From positions 3,641-67,640 of the forward strand of contig CBFIGY010000015.1 of assembly GCA_965662235.1 (NCBI GenBank): 64,000 nucleotides of DNA, given 5' to 3'. The position numbers and the translations under genes were made by a program. This stretch comes from an uncultured bacterium (GTDB taxonomy: Bacteria; SAR324; NAC60-12). Positions 44,601 to 54,455 of the stretch are shown piece by piece; position 1 is the stretch's first letter; each line of letters starts with the position of its first letter. Below the pieces are notes generated by a model. It ran no database searches and was not told where the DNA came from. It saw only the letters and a program-made list of their open reading frames with translations.

Positions 44601-45310
44601 AGGTAGGAAAACCCGAAGAGGTGCAGCTTGGGACGCAGGAGGGCCGGTTGCTGCTGCTGCCGGGGCTGCTGGTGCCATTCCTCAAAGAAACGGGGCAGGG
44701 TGCCCAGTTTCCGGACCTCGCCCTCGGTTTCAGCACGGGACGCATTGAAGCGGGCCACCAGTCCGGTTTCCCCAAACAGGCGGTTCCAGATTTCCTGCTG
44801 CCACGCTTCTAGGGGACGGGCGGATTCGGGCAGGCGGTATTCCTTTTTCCGCCAGAGCTGCAGCATGTCCTCTCGGTTGTACTCGTACTGCTGCATCAGG
44901 TGCGCGATCTTTTCGGCAAGCTGAAAGAGTCGTCGTTCCTGCGCCCGGACGGAGGCATTGGGGTCTTGCTGCAGAAACTGCCGGACGGGCGCCCAGAGCG
45001 GATTGGGATCGTCAGAGACGTCCCGGAGGAGGGCAATGAGGAGTCGCTGCAGCTGCAGGGTGGTGAGCGGCTGCCGACGCGTGGTGCCGAGGCCCTCCTG
45101 CAGCGTCTCCTGCAGCGCTTTTTCCAGCAGAACAAACCGGAAGTTGGCTGCCACACCCAGACGTTGCGCCAGCTGCAGAGAGAGCCACTTCTGCAGGCTA
45201 AAGTTCGGGACAGCAAGCACCTGAGGCTCAAAGGGATCGGTTCGCTCGAGCTGTTCGGCAAGAGGCGGAACCAGCAGGTCTAGGCGGTTGGCGTAGTGCA
45301 GCCGAGGCAT
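41630..45310 (-). CDS. recC: Exodeoxyribonuclease V gamma subunit (RecC)-like, 1226 aa; no recB/recD adjacent
   Basis: The N-terminus MPRLHYANRLDLLV...DPFEPQVLAVPNFSLQKWLSLQLAQRLGVAANFRF parallels E. coli RecC (YHSNRLDVL...DPFEPE...QWL...GIAAN). The length fits. Confidence 0.8.
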   Translation of the reverse strand: MPRLHYANRLDLLVPPLAEQLERTDPFEPQVLAVPNFSLQKWLSLQLAQRLGVAANFRFVLLEKALQETLQEGLGTTRRQPLTTLQLQRLLIALLRDVSDDPNPLWAPVRQFLQQDPNASVRAQERRLFQLAEKIAHLMQQYEYNREDMLQLWRKKEYRLPESARPLEAWQQEIWNRLFGETGLVARFNASRAETEGEVRKLGTLPRFFEEWHQQPRQQQQPALLRPKLHLFGFSYLSAFHQKVLTQQVEQVREVCVYTLNPCMEFWEDLEPYWKQRRQFKQRPEAFQYLYEARRTQVTWNDLAPGELLRNDPDHPLLKAWGYPGRENIRMLNRWGDWDFFAHFRDPLGADASSVEVDAPDGVPGRTVLQHLQHDLLVREPQRSGATQLMLPADGSLEVVGCPTVRREVEQVANRIWELVQDSSHPEPLRFNEIAVIAPDLSLYQWELEQVFRSLYRLPYHLVDGHHGASGALMEAARQLLHLGLGDFSRREVLSLLQNPCFLQVLKTPSGEEALDTEAWVQWSEDLGIYFGKDAADFQEHGYAHLPEQRYHWQQGFQRLALGSYLEADQESVAWDDQDWVPGTVGDADAISAAQFQLVLQSLLADARFLATHHASAREWSRLLHRFFSTYLRPEDDYGQEAFQRLLETTQTFAHLEVLPTEDAPLSYPLVLEFFMQQYERTRFQQGHYLAEGVTVSPFQPMRPIPFRVVFILGLQEGSFPSKAPEDQLDLRDVSVPRTKDQTLRRRLIGDVSPMERDHYQFLETLISTSDRLILSYLNQDSKGEPQQPSSLVELLLETLNTGYLKDRLLPQRLPLTSYDPRYFPELEPLADGDFPQFSLSAFHQARAQVLRQQLEASQPLPERSELFSLLHTKLPAKLTAPLHPEAFTLPQATHLTLGQLKRFLENPLVAQTQRSLRLASDEEDLTDVEQEPFQLNALEETLLLREALGDALTSARGWEEAYGQVFQRWEQRGKLPPGVLQDGLREQHLGLMQRWEAQVQEWSEPTGGPKLVPRRLSVGPLSAWEREAWKRAPEAWILGPPLVISNVTLSGASGWWLCDGDQPRISLQLVRRALEAKKSSAQKEWLLPFLELVTLHAAGRLQDTTSREAYLLSRGEAGHGTFQVPLRSAAQAYLETVVQALQTERFDLLYSASGAQASHPFLRDPEAFNQKFQDWIRSQLDPSRPQFSLPREPFRFLEDLTPPDDPHAFTQARLGLYFQSLAFDH

Positions 45311-45318
45311 GAGACGGG

Positions 45319-45672
45319 TCAGGCCTCCTCAAGCTGCCGGAAGAAGCACGTTGGAGCGCCCGTGTGGCAGGCGGGTCCGGTCTGCTGCACCCGGTAGATG
45401 AGGGTGTCAGCGTCGCAGTCCACCCAGATCGCTTCCACTCGCTGCACGTGTCCAGAAGTCTCCCCTTTCTTCCAGAAGGCTTGCCGGGAGCGGGACCAGT
45501 AGTGGCCCCAGCCTGTTTCCAGAGTCAGGCGCAGCGCGGCTTCGTTGACGTAGGCCAGCATGAGGACCTCGTTGGTGGCGCTGTCTTGAGCAATGACGGG
45601 GAGCAACCCGTCTTGCTTGGCAAAGTCCAGTTCAGCCAGAGAGACAGGGGTCAGCGGAGTGGAAGCGGTCAT
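45319..45672 (-). CDS. hisI: Phosphoribosyl-AMP cyclohydrolase
   Basis: [27 protein letters not shown] and [12 protein letters not shown]...GPACHTG..TCFF. The ATG at 45672 avoids a 50-nt overlap with the upstream gene. Confidence 0.88.
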   Translation of the reverse strand: MTASTPLTPVSLAELDFAKQDGLLPVIAQDSATNEVLMLAYVNEAALRLTLETGWGHYWSRSRQAFWKKGETSGHVQRVEAIWVDCDADTLIYRVQQTGPACHTGAPTCFFRQLEEA

Positions 45673-45679
45673 GGAGGTG

Positions 45680-48052
45680 TTACTGAGGAACCAGGGTTTG
45701 GGTGTTTCCGGAGGTGGCTTCACGGCCAAAGGTCATAGGAAGATACTCCACATTGCGGTGAGGTTCAATCAAGTCGTCGTAGTGAGGGCTGAGGACGTTT
45801 CCGGACTGCCCGGTGGTGTGCATGAAGCGACTGGTGTTCCAGTCAGAGAGGTCGATGATCTGACGGTAGCTTGGACCCCAGTGCTGGGCATACCGTTCAT
45901 GCGGTTTGTAAGAGGCCACGTTGACGGTGTTGCGGTCGCCTCCGTTTTCGATGCTGCGGTGAAAGAAGGGCTTGAGGTACGGAACCTCACTGAAGGGCGT
46001 GTGTGGGTACTGGGTCTGATGCAAAGCCCCCCAACGCCATTCCTGCAGGTCGCGCCCCAGCCGGTTTTCCAGCTCAGCCAGAGCCTGATGCAGGGCCTGC
46101 TGCAGCATGTCCGTACAGGTTTCCCGGGGGGTGGTCTTGCGGTGATCGCACCAAAACCGTCCCTGCTCCGGATCGGTGAGGAGGTTGACCAAGAAGACCT
46201 CGTGGTTGCGCCGCGCAAGCTCCTCATAAAGCCGAGGCCCCACCTCATCCTCCAGCAGCACTGCGGTGAGGTGCGAGAGCCACGCTTCAAAGAGGCTGGC
46301 GGCAACGCTGTCTCGGGAAAGGTCTCCGTTCCACTCCTTCAGTAAAGCAAGGGCCTGCTGGTCTTGCTCAGAAGCAGCGGGCGTTTGCAGCAAGAGGGGC
46401 AGCAGTTTCGGGATCAGGGCGTTGTGCTGGTCGCCCTGGATGCGGGCCATGTCGTCAACGGTCAGTTTCTTTCCAGCCTGCAGGCGCTCCTGGAGCAGCT
46501 CCCGGATGCGCTCTGCCCGGTAGGGCGGCATCCAGTTGTTCGAGAGGTGGTAGGGGTAGAGGTCGGAAACGACCTTGTTGTTGGCTGTGACCACCCACCC
46601 TTCCGGAGGGTTGTACGCCTGAGGCAGTTGGTCGAAGGGAATCCAGTCGGTCCACTCGTAATCGTTGGACCATCCTGGCGCCGGAGTCCAGCCCTTGCCC
46701 TGCGACCGGATGGGAATGCGTCCGGGAGCGATGTAGCCGATGTTGCCCTGGCGGTCGGCATAGACAAAGTTTTGGCTGGGGGCAACGTACTGCCGGAGCG
46801 CGTCCCGGAACTCCGTCCAGTTCTCGGCCCAGAGGATGTCGGTGAAGGCATCAATGGTGGTGTCATCTGGATCCAGAGCGGTCCAACGCAGAGCCAGCGG
46901 TTCTGCGGTTTCAGTGACATCGCTGATCAGAGGACCATGCCGGGTGGCCCGGGCGGCCCAGAGGAAGGGCTGGTCCCGTCCCTTGACCAGGATGGGCTCT
47001 TCAGTGAGGGTCATCCGGTTCCAGGTTCCGTTGACAAGGTACTGATTGGGCTGGTCGGGGTTGATGCGCTCGCGGTAGAGGTCCTGAACGTCTGGGCCCA
47101 TGTTGGTGACCCCCCAGGCGATCTGGTCGTTGTGCCCAATGGGAACACCCGGAAGCCCAGGGAAGGTGGCTCCGGTGACGTGCAGGGTCGGTCCCTGAAG
47201 CTCGACGAGGTACCAGATGGAGGGAATACGGGTGCCGAGGTGCGGATCGTTGGCCAGCAACGGCAGCCCAGAGGCCGTCCACTTGCCGGATACCACCCAG
47301 TTGTTGCTCCCGACGTCAATGCCCCGGAGGCCCAGCTGGTCCTGAAGGAAGCTGTCTAGCGTCAGCAGTTCCTCCACGCTGGACGACGAGAGCCCTGCGA
47401 GGATGCTTGGCCCTTCTTCGGGATACTGGGGAAGCAGTTCCCGGGTGCGTTGGGGGCCCAGAAGTTCTTCCAGCCGGACCCGAAGAAGCTCCTGCGAGTA
47501 GTCGCCTCCGAGGTCCCAGGCCATCAGCTTCGCCCAAACGAGCGAGTCCACAGGCGTCCAGGGTTCCGGTTCAAACTGAAGCAGCTGAAACTCAATGGGC
47601 AGAACCGGAACCTCCTGGATCCAGGCGTTGACGCCGGCGATGTAGTGCTCAAACAGCGTCCGGGTCCGGGGCTTGAGGTGCGTCCAGGCTTCCTGAGCGG
47701 CCCGGCGGACTCCGAGGGTTCGGAGGAACTGGTCAATCTTGAGGGTCTTTTCTCCCAGGATTTCGCTCAGGCGCCCGGCGCCAACCCGGCGGTTCATTTC
47801 CATCTGCCAGAGCCGATCCTGGGCATGCACCCAGCCGAGGGCAAAGAAGGCGTCGTTGTCGCTTTGGGCAAAGATGTGGGGCACGCCTGCCGAGTCCCGG
47901 GTGATGTCAATGGGGCCCGAGAGGCCGTCGAGGGAGTAGGTGCCGGAGGAGCGGGGGAGGCTGAACCAGAGGTACCCTCCTCCGGCCAGTGCAGCAAGGA
48001 TGACAATCAGGATGCCATAGACCAGCATCCGTTTGAAGAAGCGCTTCAGCAT
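45680..48052 (-). CDS. Penicillin acylase-family Ntn hydrolase (possible acyl-homoserine-lactone acylase)
   Basis: 790 aa with an N-terminal anchor. The GSNNWVVSG site provides the Ser nucleophile of the beta chain. Overall collinearity with the PvdQ/QuiP/penicillin amidase family. Confidence 0.88.
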   Translation of the reverse strand: MLKRFFKRMLVYGILIVILAALAGGGYLWFSLPRSSGTYSLDGLSGPIDITRDSAGVPHIFAQSDNDAFFALGWVHAQDRLWQMEMNRRVGAGRLSEILGEKTLKIDQFLRTLGVRRAAQEAWTHLKPRTRTLFEHYIAGVNAWIQEVPVLPIEFQLLQFEPEPWTPVDSLVWAKLMAWDLGGDYSQELLRVRLEELLGPQRTRELLPQYPEEGPSILAGLSSSSVEELLTLDSFLQDQLGLRGIDVGSNNWVVSGKWTASGLPLLANDPHLGTRIPSIWYLVELQGPTLHVTGATFPGLPGVPIGHNDQIAWGVTNMGPDVQDLYRERINPDQPNQYLVNGTWNRMTLTEEPILVKGRDQPFLWAARATRHGPLISDVTETAEPLALRWTALDPDDTTIDAFTDILWAENWTEFRDALRQYVAPSQNFVYADRQGNIGYIAPGRIPIRSQGKGWTPAPGWSNDYEWTDWIPFDQLPQAYNPPEGWVVTANNKVVSDLYPYHLSNNWMPPYRAERIRELLQERLQAGKKLTVDDMARIQGDQHNALIPKLLPLLLQTPAASEQDQQALALLKEWNGDLSRDSVAASLFEAWLSHLTAVLLEDEVGPRLYEELARRNHEVFLVNLLTDPEQGRFWCDHRKTTPRETCTDMLQQALHQALAELENRLGRDLQEWRWGALHQTQYPHTPFSEVPYLKPFFHRSIENGGDRNTVNVASYKPHERYAQHWGPSYRQIIDLSDWNTSRFMHTTGQSGNVLSPHYDDLIEPHRNVEYLPMTFGREATSGNTQTLVPQ

Positions 48053-48226
48053 TTACCCCCCGGTCTTGAGTGCCTGCCGGACCTCTCTCCTCGGTCAAGA
48101 AGGGCGGTTTCCGTGAGATCCAGCAAGATTTCCTGCATTGAAGGCTCGCATGATCTCCGATAAAGTAAAAGCCTCATGCATCAATAATTCGCGAGCCTTC
48201 CGGTTTGCTCTACCTGAGAGAAAGAC

Positions 48227-48526
48227 ATGGATACTGTAGTATATTCAATGAAGCTGGTAAGCGGTGACGAACTCCTGGCTCGAGTTGCTTCTGAGGATGA
48301 CGAGTGGTTTGAGCTGGAGCAGCCCATGACCATTGCGATGACGCATCAGGGCATGGCGATTGTTCCTCTGCTGGCTCTGGCAAAGGAGCAGCCGCGCATC
48401 AAGGTCCGGAAGAACAACGTCATCGCCTACGCCGAGGCACACAGTGAATTTTCTGGCCGGTACCTAGAGGCGGTGACCGGAATCACCACGGTGCCCCCCA
48501 CCGGGATTGAACTGGCGTCTCGCTAA
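48227..48526 (+). CDS. Hypothetical 99-aa protein
   Basis: ORF with a purine-rich leader (gagagaaagacATG). I recognise no motif. Overlaps the convergent gene end by 4 nt. Confidence 0.4.
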   Translation: MDTVVYSMKLVSGDELLARVASEDDEWFELEQPMTIAMTHQGMAIVPLLALAKEQPRIKVRKNNVIAYAEAHSEFSGRYLEAVTGITTVPPTGIELASR

Positions 48527-49506
48527 CGCTGCCAGAACTCCGCTGCCAGCGGCGCATGCCGCATCAGCCCCAGGGCCTCCACCGCTTGCGGAAGCGAGGC
48601 CCACGGCACCCACACCCGCTCCACCTGCGGATGCGAGGCAACCGCCCAAACCCACAGCATTCGCGCTGAAGCCGTCCGGAGCTCCGGAGGCAAAAACGGC
48701 TTCAGGGCCCAGCGGAAGGGCTCCGTTTCGTTCCACAGCTGCTGCTGCAGTTCCGCTCGCCGCGACAGGAACAGGAGCCGCAGTTCCTGAAACAGGGCGT
48801 CTTCCGCATGCCGCACCCGCGGTTCTTCCTGAACCTGCGTCTCCCGCAGGTACTGCAGCAGTTCCGGAATCAGAATCCCTGCCATGAAATCATCCCAGTC
48901 GGTCACCCGCTGACACGACGCCTGCCCGGCTTCCAGCAACTCAAAGTAACGGCTTCCTAGGTCGGTAACGGTCCGGGCATCGCGCTCCTCCAGCAGGTAC
49001 CGCAGCTGCGTCCCGTAAACGGCGCTGGGGGCGGCAGGAGCCGGATCGGCTTCGAGGTAGTGGGTGCTGGGGTGCAGGAGCACCTCCGGATGCTCCGGAT
49101 GCCACTGAGGGGTCAGGTCTTCAGGAAGCAGCCAACTGGCGTCAGAAAGAAGGAAATCGAGAGGAGCCCCCAGCACCTGCTCTGCTAGGTACCGGAAGGT
49201 TGCAGCCAGGTGCGTTTTCTGGGGCAGACCGATCGTGCCGATTTGGGTGCCAGCCAAGAGGCCTTCCTGCAGGAGCGGAACCGGCTCGGCAAGAGAGAGT
49301 TCGGCAGGCGCCTCGAGGTGGATGAGCAGCTGCTGCCCACCGAGGCGTCCGAGGTCCGGAAGAACGTGCAGCAGCGAACGAGCATTTGAAAGCCCCACAT
49401 ACAGGCCCATCCGAAAGGCGGTCGCGTCTCGGCGCCAGAAGGTGTGGTAACCCAGCCGCTGAGAAATCTGTTCGGTGGTTTCTGCAGCGGAGGGCCCACG
49501 ACTCAT
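48523..49506 (-). CDS. Hypothetical 327-aa protein; last gene of the hexuronate/sulfatase string
   Basis: ORF starting 14 nt after the uxuB stop on the same strand. No signal peptide and no motif I can name. Confidence 0.55.
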   Translation of the reverse strand: MSRGPSAAETTEQISQRLGYHTFWRRDATAFRMGLYVGLSNARSLLHVLPDLGRLGGQQLLIHLEAPAELSLAEPVPLLQEGLLAGTQIGTIGLPQKTHLAATFRYLAEQVLGAPLDFLLSDASWLLPEDLTPQWHPEHPEVLLHPSTHYLEADPAPAAPSAVYGTQLRYLLEERDARTVTDLGSRYFELLEAGQASCQRVTDWDDFMAGILIPELLQYLRETQVQEEPRVRHAEDALFQELRLLFLSRRAELQQQLWNETEPFRWALKPFLPPELRTASARMLWVWAVASHPQVERVWVPWASLPQAVEALGLMRHAPLAAEFWQR

Positions 49507-49520
49507 GGAAAGAGGTCCGG

Positions 49521-50966
49521 TTAGGGGAGAAAGTTTTGCTCAAACGTGGCAATGAGGGCTTCGGTAAAAGGCGCATCACTTGCCAGGTCGCGGCCAAAGA
49601 CTTCCTGAACCTGCAACAGCGCCCGGACGTAATCGGGCAGGCGGTCGGGGATCAGAGAATCAGCTTGACGGAACCCGGACTGTTCCGCAAGCACCTGAAA
49701 ACGTTCTGCCAGAGGATCCTGGACGGTGAAGGGCTGGAGCTGACCATTGAGCCCGGTGACGTAACGCATCCAGGCGGCAATGGCTCGGGTGATTCCAGGC
49801 GCCGGACGTCCGGATGCCTGAAGGTCACGGAGGGTTCCGAGCAGTCGCTGAGGCAGCTTTTGTGACCCGTCCATGGCAATTTGATAGAGCCGGTGCTGCA
49901 GCGCAGGATTGGCGTATCGCTCCAGAAGCGCATCGCGGTAGGCCGGGAGGTCGGTGCCCGGAGGCAGGTGGAGGGTGGGGATGATTTCATGGTTCATCAG
50001 GTCACGGAGCATCGCCTCAAAACCGGGCGCCTGCACCGCGTCTGAAACGTATTCCAGCCCTGCCAGAAAACCCGTGTAGGCGAGGGTGGAGTGGGTGCCG
50101 TTGAGCATGCGGAGCTTCATGTGCTCAAAGGGCCGAACGTCGTCCACCATCTCTGCCCCCACAGCGTCCCACTGCGGACGTCCAGCGACAAAGTGATCCT
50201 CAATCACCCACTGTCGGAAACGTTCCCCCACCACAGAGCCCGCATCTGGACCTCCGAGCAAAGCCGCAACGGTTTCTCGGTCAGCGTCTGTGGTGGCCGG
50301 AACAATGCGGTCCACCATGGTGCATGGGAAGGACACGTTTTGCTCAATCCAGGCAGCGAGCTCAGGATCTCGTAGCATGGCCAGCTCAAGCGTCAGGCGC
50401 CGGACGACCTGTCCGTTTTCCGGAAGGTTGTCGCAGCAGAGAACGGTCACGCCTCCGGAGCCCTGTTGCTGACGCTGGGCCAGTCCCTGAACCAGGAAAC
50501 CCAGCGCGCTCTGAGGAGCTTCCGGGTGGGCAAGGTCCTGCACAATGTCTGGGTGCTGAGCATTGAGGCGTCCGGTGGCCGGATCGTGGCAATAGCCCTT
50601 TTCGGTGACCGTCAGGGAGATGATGCGGGTTCCGGAAGCTGCGAGACGTTCCAGCACACGTCCGGGAGCTTCTGGGGCAAAGAGCACCTCCTTGACCGCG
50701 CCGATGACGCGGATGAAGTCGCCGGAGCCATCGCGCTCCAGCAGGGTGTAAAGCCCCTCTTGCGGAGCAAGCTGGTCTCGGATGTCCGGACGCCGGAGGC
50801 TGACGCCGCAGATGCCCCAGTCGCCGCCAAAGCGCTCCAGGACTTCGTCGGTGTAGAGGGCCTGGTGTGCGCGGTGGAAGGCGCCAATGCCCAGGTGGAC
50901 GATGCCGATGCCAACCGCGTCTCGGTCGTAGCGGCGGCCAAAGTGTTGGTGCAGAGCAGAGGTCAT
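49521..50966 (-). CDS. uxuB: Mannitol-dehydrogenase-family fructuronate (D-mannonate) oxidoreductase
   Basis: VHLGIGAFHRAHQALYT, SLTVTEKGYC, FPCTMVDRIVPA, FRQWVIED, MKLRMLNGTHS and QIAMDGSQKLPQRLL track E. coli UxuB as I recall it. Adjacent to uxaC. Confidence 0.82.
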   Translation of the reverse strand: MTSALHQHFGRRYDRDAVGIGIVHLGIGAFHRAHQALYTDEVLERFGGDWGICGVSLRRPDIRDQLAPQEGLYTLLERDGSGDFIRVIGAVKEVLFAPEAPGRVLERLAASGTRIISLTVTEKGYCHDPATGRLNAQHPDIVQDLAHPEAPQSALGFLVQGLAQRQQQGSGGVTVLCCDNLPENGQVVRRLTLELAMLRDPELAAWIEQNVSFPCTMVDRIVPATTDADRETVAALLGGPDAGSVVGERFRQWVIEDHFVAGRPQWDAVGAEMVDDVRPFEHMKLRMLNGTHSTLAYTGFLAGLEYVSDAVQAPGFEAMLRDLMNHEIIPTLHLPPGTDLPAYRDALLERYANPALQHRLYQIAMDGSQKLPQRLLGTLRDLQASGRPAPGITRAIAAWMRYVTGLNGQLQPFTVQDPLAERFQVLAEQSGFRQADSLIPDRLPDYVRALLQVQEVFGRDLASDAPFTEALIATFEQNFLP

Positions 50967-50969
50967 GGT

Positions 50970-52382
50970 TCAGTCAAACAGGTAGGCTTTTTTGACAAGA
51001 CGGTAGGCCAGGTCGATGGCCACTTCACGGGCTTCGTCTTCAGGAAGCCGGTGCTCACAGACCAGTTCCGCCAGGAAACGGCAGTCGATGCGCCGGGCCA
51101 TGTCGTGCCGGGCCGGGATGGAAAGAAAGGCGCGGGTGTCGTCGTTGAACCCAACCGTGTTGTAGAAGCCTGCGGTTTCGGTGGTGTGCTTCCGGAAGCG
51201 CAGCATGCCTTCGGGGCTGTCATGGAACCACCAGGCTGGCCCCAGCTTGAGGATCGGGTAGTGTCCGGCAAGTGGCGCGAGTTCGCGGCTGTAGCTGGTT
51301 TCATCCAGCGTGAAGAGGATCAGGCTCAGGTTGGGCTCGTTGCCAAAGCGGTTGAGCAGCGGTTGCAGAGCGTGGACGTAGTCGGTGGGGGCAGGGATGT
51401 CGGCGCCCTTGTCGCGTCCAAAGCGCTGGTAGAGGGGCTGGTTGTGGTTCCGGAAGCAACCTGGGTGCAGCTGCATGACAAGGCCATCGTCCAGACTCAT
51501 CCGGGCCATCTCGGTCAGCAGCTGACCCCGGAACATTTCAGCATGCTTGCCGGTGAGCTGTCCTGCCAGCGCCCGGGAGAAGAGGCTTTCGCACTCAGCC
51601 GTCTCTAGGTTGGCAGTGACCGCGCTCGGGTGTCCGTGGTCGGTGGAGGTTGCCCCCATCTGCTTAAAGAACTCCCGGCGCTGCGCTAGGGCCTTCAGGT
51701 AGCCCGACCAGGTTCCGGTGTTTTCTCCGGTCAGGGCGCCCAGGGCTTCCACGTTTTGCACAAAGCCCTCAAACTCTGGATCGACCACGGGGTCGGGTCG
51801 GAAGGCCGTGACCACCTTTCCAGACCATCCGGACTGCTGGATTGCCTGGTGGTGGACCAGTTTGTCCAGCGGCGACTCGGTGGTGGCAAGGACCTCAATG
51901 TTGAAGCGCTCAAAGAGGGCCCGGGGCCGGAAGGCATCAGAGGCAAGGAGCGCGTTGACTTCGTCGTAAATGGCGTCTGCCGTTTCTGGCGTGAAGGGGG
52001 TTTCCACCCCGAGCACCTCATGAAGGGCGTGGTCGAACCACATCCGTGAAGGCGTGCCACGGAAGAGGTAGAAGTGCTCGGCAAAGCCTTGCCAGATCCG
52101 CCGCCGGTCCGACTCCACAGGGCTGCCGTCACGTGTCGGAATGCCGATGCTCTCAAGCGTCACGCCCTGGCTGTAGAGCATGCGGAAGAGGTAATGGTCG
52201 GGAATGAGAAAGAGGTCGGTGGCGTTGCTGAAGGGCTCATTGTTCGCAAACCACGACGGATCCGTGTGTCCATGGGGGCTGATGATCGGGAGGTCCTTGA
52301 CCTCCGCATACAGGCGCCGCGCCACGGCACGCTGGTCCGGATCAGAAGCAAAGAGACGGTCAGGGTGGTTGTACAGAGTCAT
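50970..52382 (-). CDS. uxaC: Glucuronate isomerase
   Basis: LPIISPHGHTDP near the N-terminus. 470 aa. Family-typical throughout. Confidence 0.92.
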   Translation of the reverse strand: MTLYNHPDRLFASDPDQRAVARRLYAEVKDLPIISPHGHTDPSWFANNEPFSNATDLFLIPDHYLFRMLYSQGVTLESIGIPTRDGSPVESDRRRIWQGFAEHFYLFRGTPSRMWFDHALHEVLGVETPFTPETADAIYDEVNALLASDAFRPRALFERFNIEVLATTESPLDKLVHHQAIQQSGWSGKVVTAFRPDPVVDPEFEGFVQNVEALGALTGENTGTWSGYLKALAQRREFFKQMGATSTDHGHPSAVTANLETAECESLFSRALAGQLTGKHAEMFRGQLLTEMARMSLDDGLVMQLHPGCFRNHNQPLYQRFGRDKGADIPAPTDYVHALQPLLNRFGNEPNLSLILFTLDETSYSRELAPLAGHYPILKLGPAWWFHDSPEGMLRFRKHTTETAGFYNTVGFNDDTRAFLSIPARHDMARRIDCRFLAELVCEHRLPEDEAREVAIDLAYRLVKKAYLFD

Positions 52383-52391
52383 GAAGGATCC

Positions 52392-53441
52392 TTAGGTTGG
52401 AATTCCGGCAAGTTGCAGTTCTTGCGCACGGTGGCACGAGACCCAATGGTTGGGAGACACCTCCTCCAGCGTGGGCACCTGCTGGCGACACTGGTCGGTG
52501 GCAAACGGACACCTGGGGTGAAAGTGACAGCCGGAGGGGGGATTCGCCGGACTCGGCACTTCTCCCTCCAGTGGCGTCATTTGGGAGCGGACGCGTGGGT
52601 CTGCGACCGGAACCGCTGACAGCAGCGCCGCCGTGTACGGGTGCCGTGGTGCCTGAAACAGCTCCTCACTTGGCGCCGTTTCCACGATCTTCCCCACGTA
52701 CATGACCGCCACCCGGTCGCTGATGTGCTTCACCACGCTCAGGTCATGAGCAACAAATAGGTAAGTCAGCTTGAGCTGCTCCTGAAGTTCGAGCATGAGG
52801 TTGAGCACCTGCGCCTGCACCGACACGTCCAGGGCTGAGACCGGCTCATCGGCAACCACCAGCCGCGGATGCAGGGCCAGGGCCCGAGCGATGACAATCC
52901 GCTGACGCTGCCCGCCACTGAAGGCATGCGGAAAACGCTGCATGTACTCCGGACGCAACCCCACCAGACGCAATAGTTCCGCAACCCGGTCCGCCCGCTC
53001 CTGTCGGTTGGTGACACCGTTGACCAGCATGGGCTCCCCAACGAGGTCAAAGAGGTTCATCCGCGGATTGAGTGAGGCAAATGGATCCTGAAAGATCATC
53101 TGCATTTCACGCCGCAGGGGCCGGACTTCTTCTGGCGTCAGCTTGGCCACATCCACCAGCGTCCCCTCTTTTTTACGGAACCAGACCTCGCCGTCTGTGG
53201 GCGTCACCGCCCGGAGTAGGCATCGGGAAGTGGTGGTTTTGCCGCATCCGCTTTCCCCCACTAGCCCTAGGGTTTCGCCCTCGTTGAGGAAGAAGGTGAC
53301 ATCGTCCACAGACTTAACGTGCCCAACGGTTTTCTTAATGAACCCCTTGCGGATGGGGTAGTACTTCTTCAGGTTCCGGACCTCAAGGAGCCGTTCTGGT
53401 TGCATGGTGAAGGAGGTCGGGGTTGGAGAGTCAGGAGGCAT
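52392..53441 (-). CDS. Opp/Dpp-type ABC transporter ATP-binding protein (F-type)
   Basis: Walker [10 protein letters not shown], signature FSGGQRQR, Walker [14 protein letters not shown]-terminal oligopeptide-type extension with CHFHPRCP. Confidence 0.9.
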   Translation of the reverse strand: MPPDSPTPTSFTMQPERLLEVRNLKKYYPIRKGFIKKTVGHVKSVDDVTFFLNEGETLGLVGESGCGKTTTSRCLLRAVTPTDGEVWFRKKEGTLVDVAKLTPEEVRPLRREMQMIFQDPFASLNPRMNLFDLVGEPMLVNGVTNRQERADRVAELLRLVGLRPEYMQRFPHAFSGGQRQRIVIARALALHPRLVVADEPVSALDVSVQAQVLNLMLELQEQLKLTYLFVAHDLSVVKHISDRVAVMYVGKIVETAPSEELFQAPRHPYTAALLSAVPVADPRVRSQMTPLEGEVPSPANPPSGCHFHPRCPFATDQCRQQVPTLEEVSPNHWVSCHRAQELQLAGIPT

Positions 53442-54447
53442 CCACCTCCTTGTGGTGCAGGAAGCAGCTGACGGTCTGCTCCGTTTGAACCGGCTTCAGC
53501 GCCGGGACCTGCTCGTTGCAGACCCCAGAAAGCGCCTCTGGGCAACGCTGGAAGAAGGGACAGCCTTTGGGACGGTTGAAGGGGTGCGGAATGGATCCTT
53601 CAATGGTCGGCAACGGCGTCCGGTGAGCCGTGGTCAGCTTCGGAATCGATTGCAGCAAGGCGCGGGTGTAGGGGTGCTGGGGATTGTGGAAAATGGCGTC
53701 GACGGGTCCGGTTTCCATGACCCGACCGAGGTACATCACAACCACGTCGTCGGCCAGCTGAGCAATGACCCCCAGGTCATGGGTGATGAAGATGATGGCG
53801 GTGTTGTGCTGCTGCTGGAGCTTCCGGAGCAGGCTCAGCACCTGGGCTTGAGTGGTGACATCAATGGCGGTTGTGGGCTCATCGGCAATCAACAGAGTCG
53901 GGTCGCAGGTCAGGGCCATGCCAATCATGGCACGCTGCCGGAGGCCTCCGCTGAGTTCCCAGGAGTAGCGTTCCATGGCGCTTTCCGGATGCGGAACTCC
54001 CACTTCCCGAAGTCGCTCAATCACCTGCTGGTGGGCGTCTTTCTTGGAAAGCGGCCGGTGCAGCATCAGGGCTTCCGTCAGCTGGTGCCCAATGGTGTGA
54101 ACCGGACTGAAGGCGGCCATGGGTTCTTGAGGAATGAGCGCAATTTCGTCGCCTCGGATGGCCCGCATCTGTGAGCCTCGGGCGTTGAGCTGAGCCAAGT
54201 CGAGTGGTGCGCCGGCCTGCCGGGACTGGAACCAGATCTCGCCACTGGCGACCTCTCCGGGAGGTTCGATCAACCGGAGGATGGACTTGATGGTCGCACT
54301 CTTGCCGCATCCGCTTTCGCCCACAATGCCCAGCACGCGTCCGGGCTGTACATCGAAACTGACACCATCCACGGCCTTGACGGTGCCTTCATCTAGGTTG
54401 AAAACCGTCCGCAGGTTCCGGACGGAAAGAAGAGGAGTCGTGCTCAT
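53431..54447 (-). CDS. Opp/Dpp-type ABC transporter ATP-binding protein (D-type)
   Basis: Started at the ATG at 54447 ([12 protein letters not shown]...). [30 protein letters not shown]. The track ORF to 54840 is an artefactual upstream extension over the permease gene. Confidence 0.88.
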   Translation of the reverse strand: MSTTPLLSVRNLRTVFNLDEGTVKAVDGVSFDVQPGRVLGIVGESGCGKSATIKSILRLIEPPGEVASGEIWFQSRQAGAPLDLAQLNARGSQMRAIRGDEIALIPQEPMAAFSPVHTIGHQLTEALMLHRPLSKKDAHQQVIERLREVGVPHPESAMERYSWELSGGLRQRAMIGMALTCDPTLLIADEPTTAIDVTTQAQVLSLLRKLQQQHNTAIIFITHDLGVIAQLADDVVVMYLGRVMETGPVDAIFHNPQHPYTRALLQSIPKLTTAHRTPLPTIEGSIPHPFNRPKGCPFFQRCPEALSGVCNEQVPALKPVQTEQTVSCFLHHKEVDAS

Positions 54448-54455
54448 GTCCGGGC

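Noticed and set aside
42020-44812. 481-aa and 315-aa plus-strand ORFs
   Set aside because: Both are antisense to the continuous 1226-aa recC-like frame. Their composition is typical of high-GC shadow ORFs.
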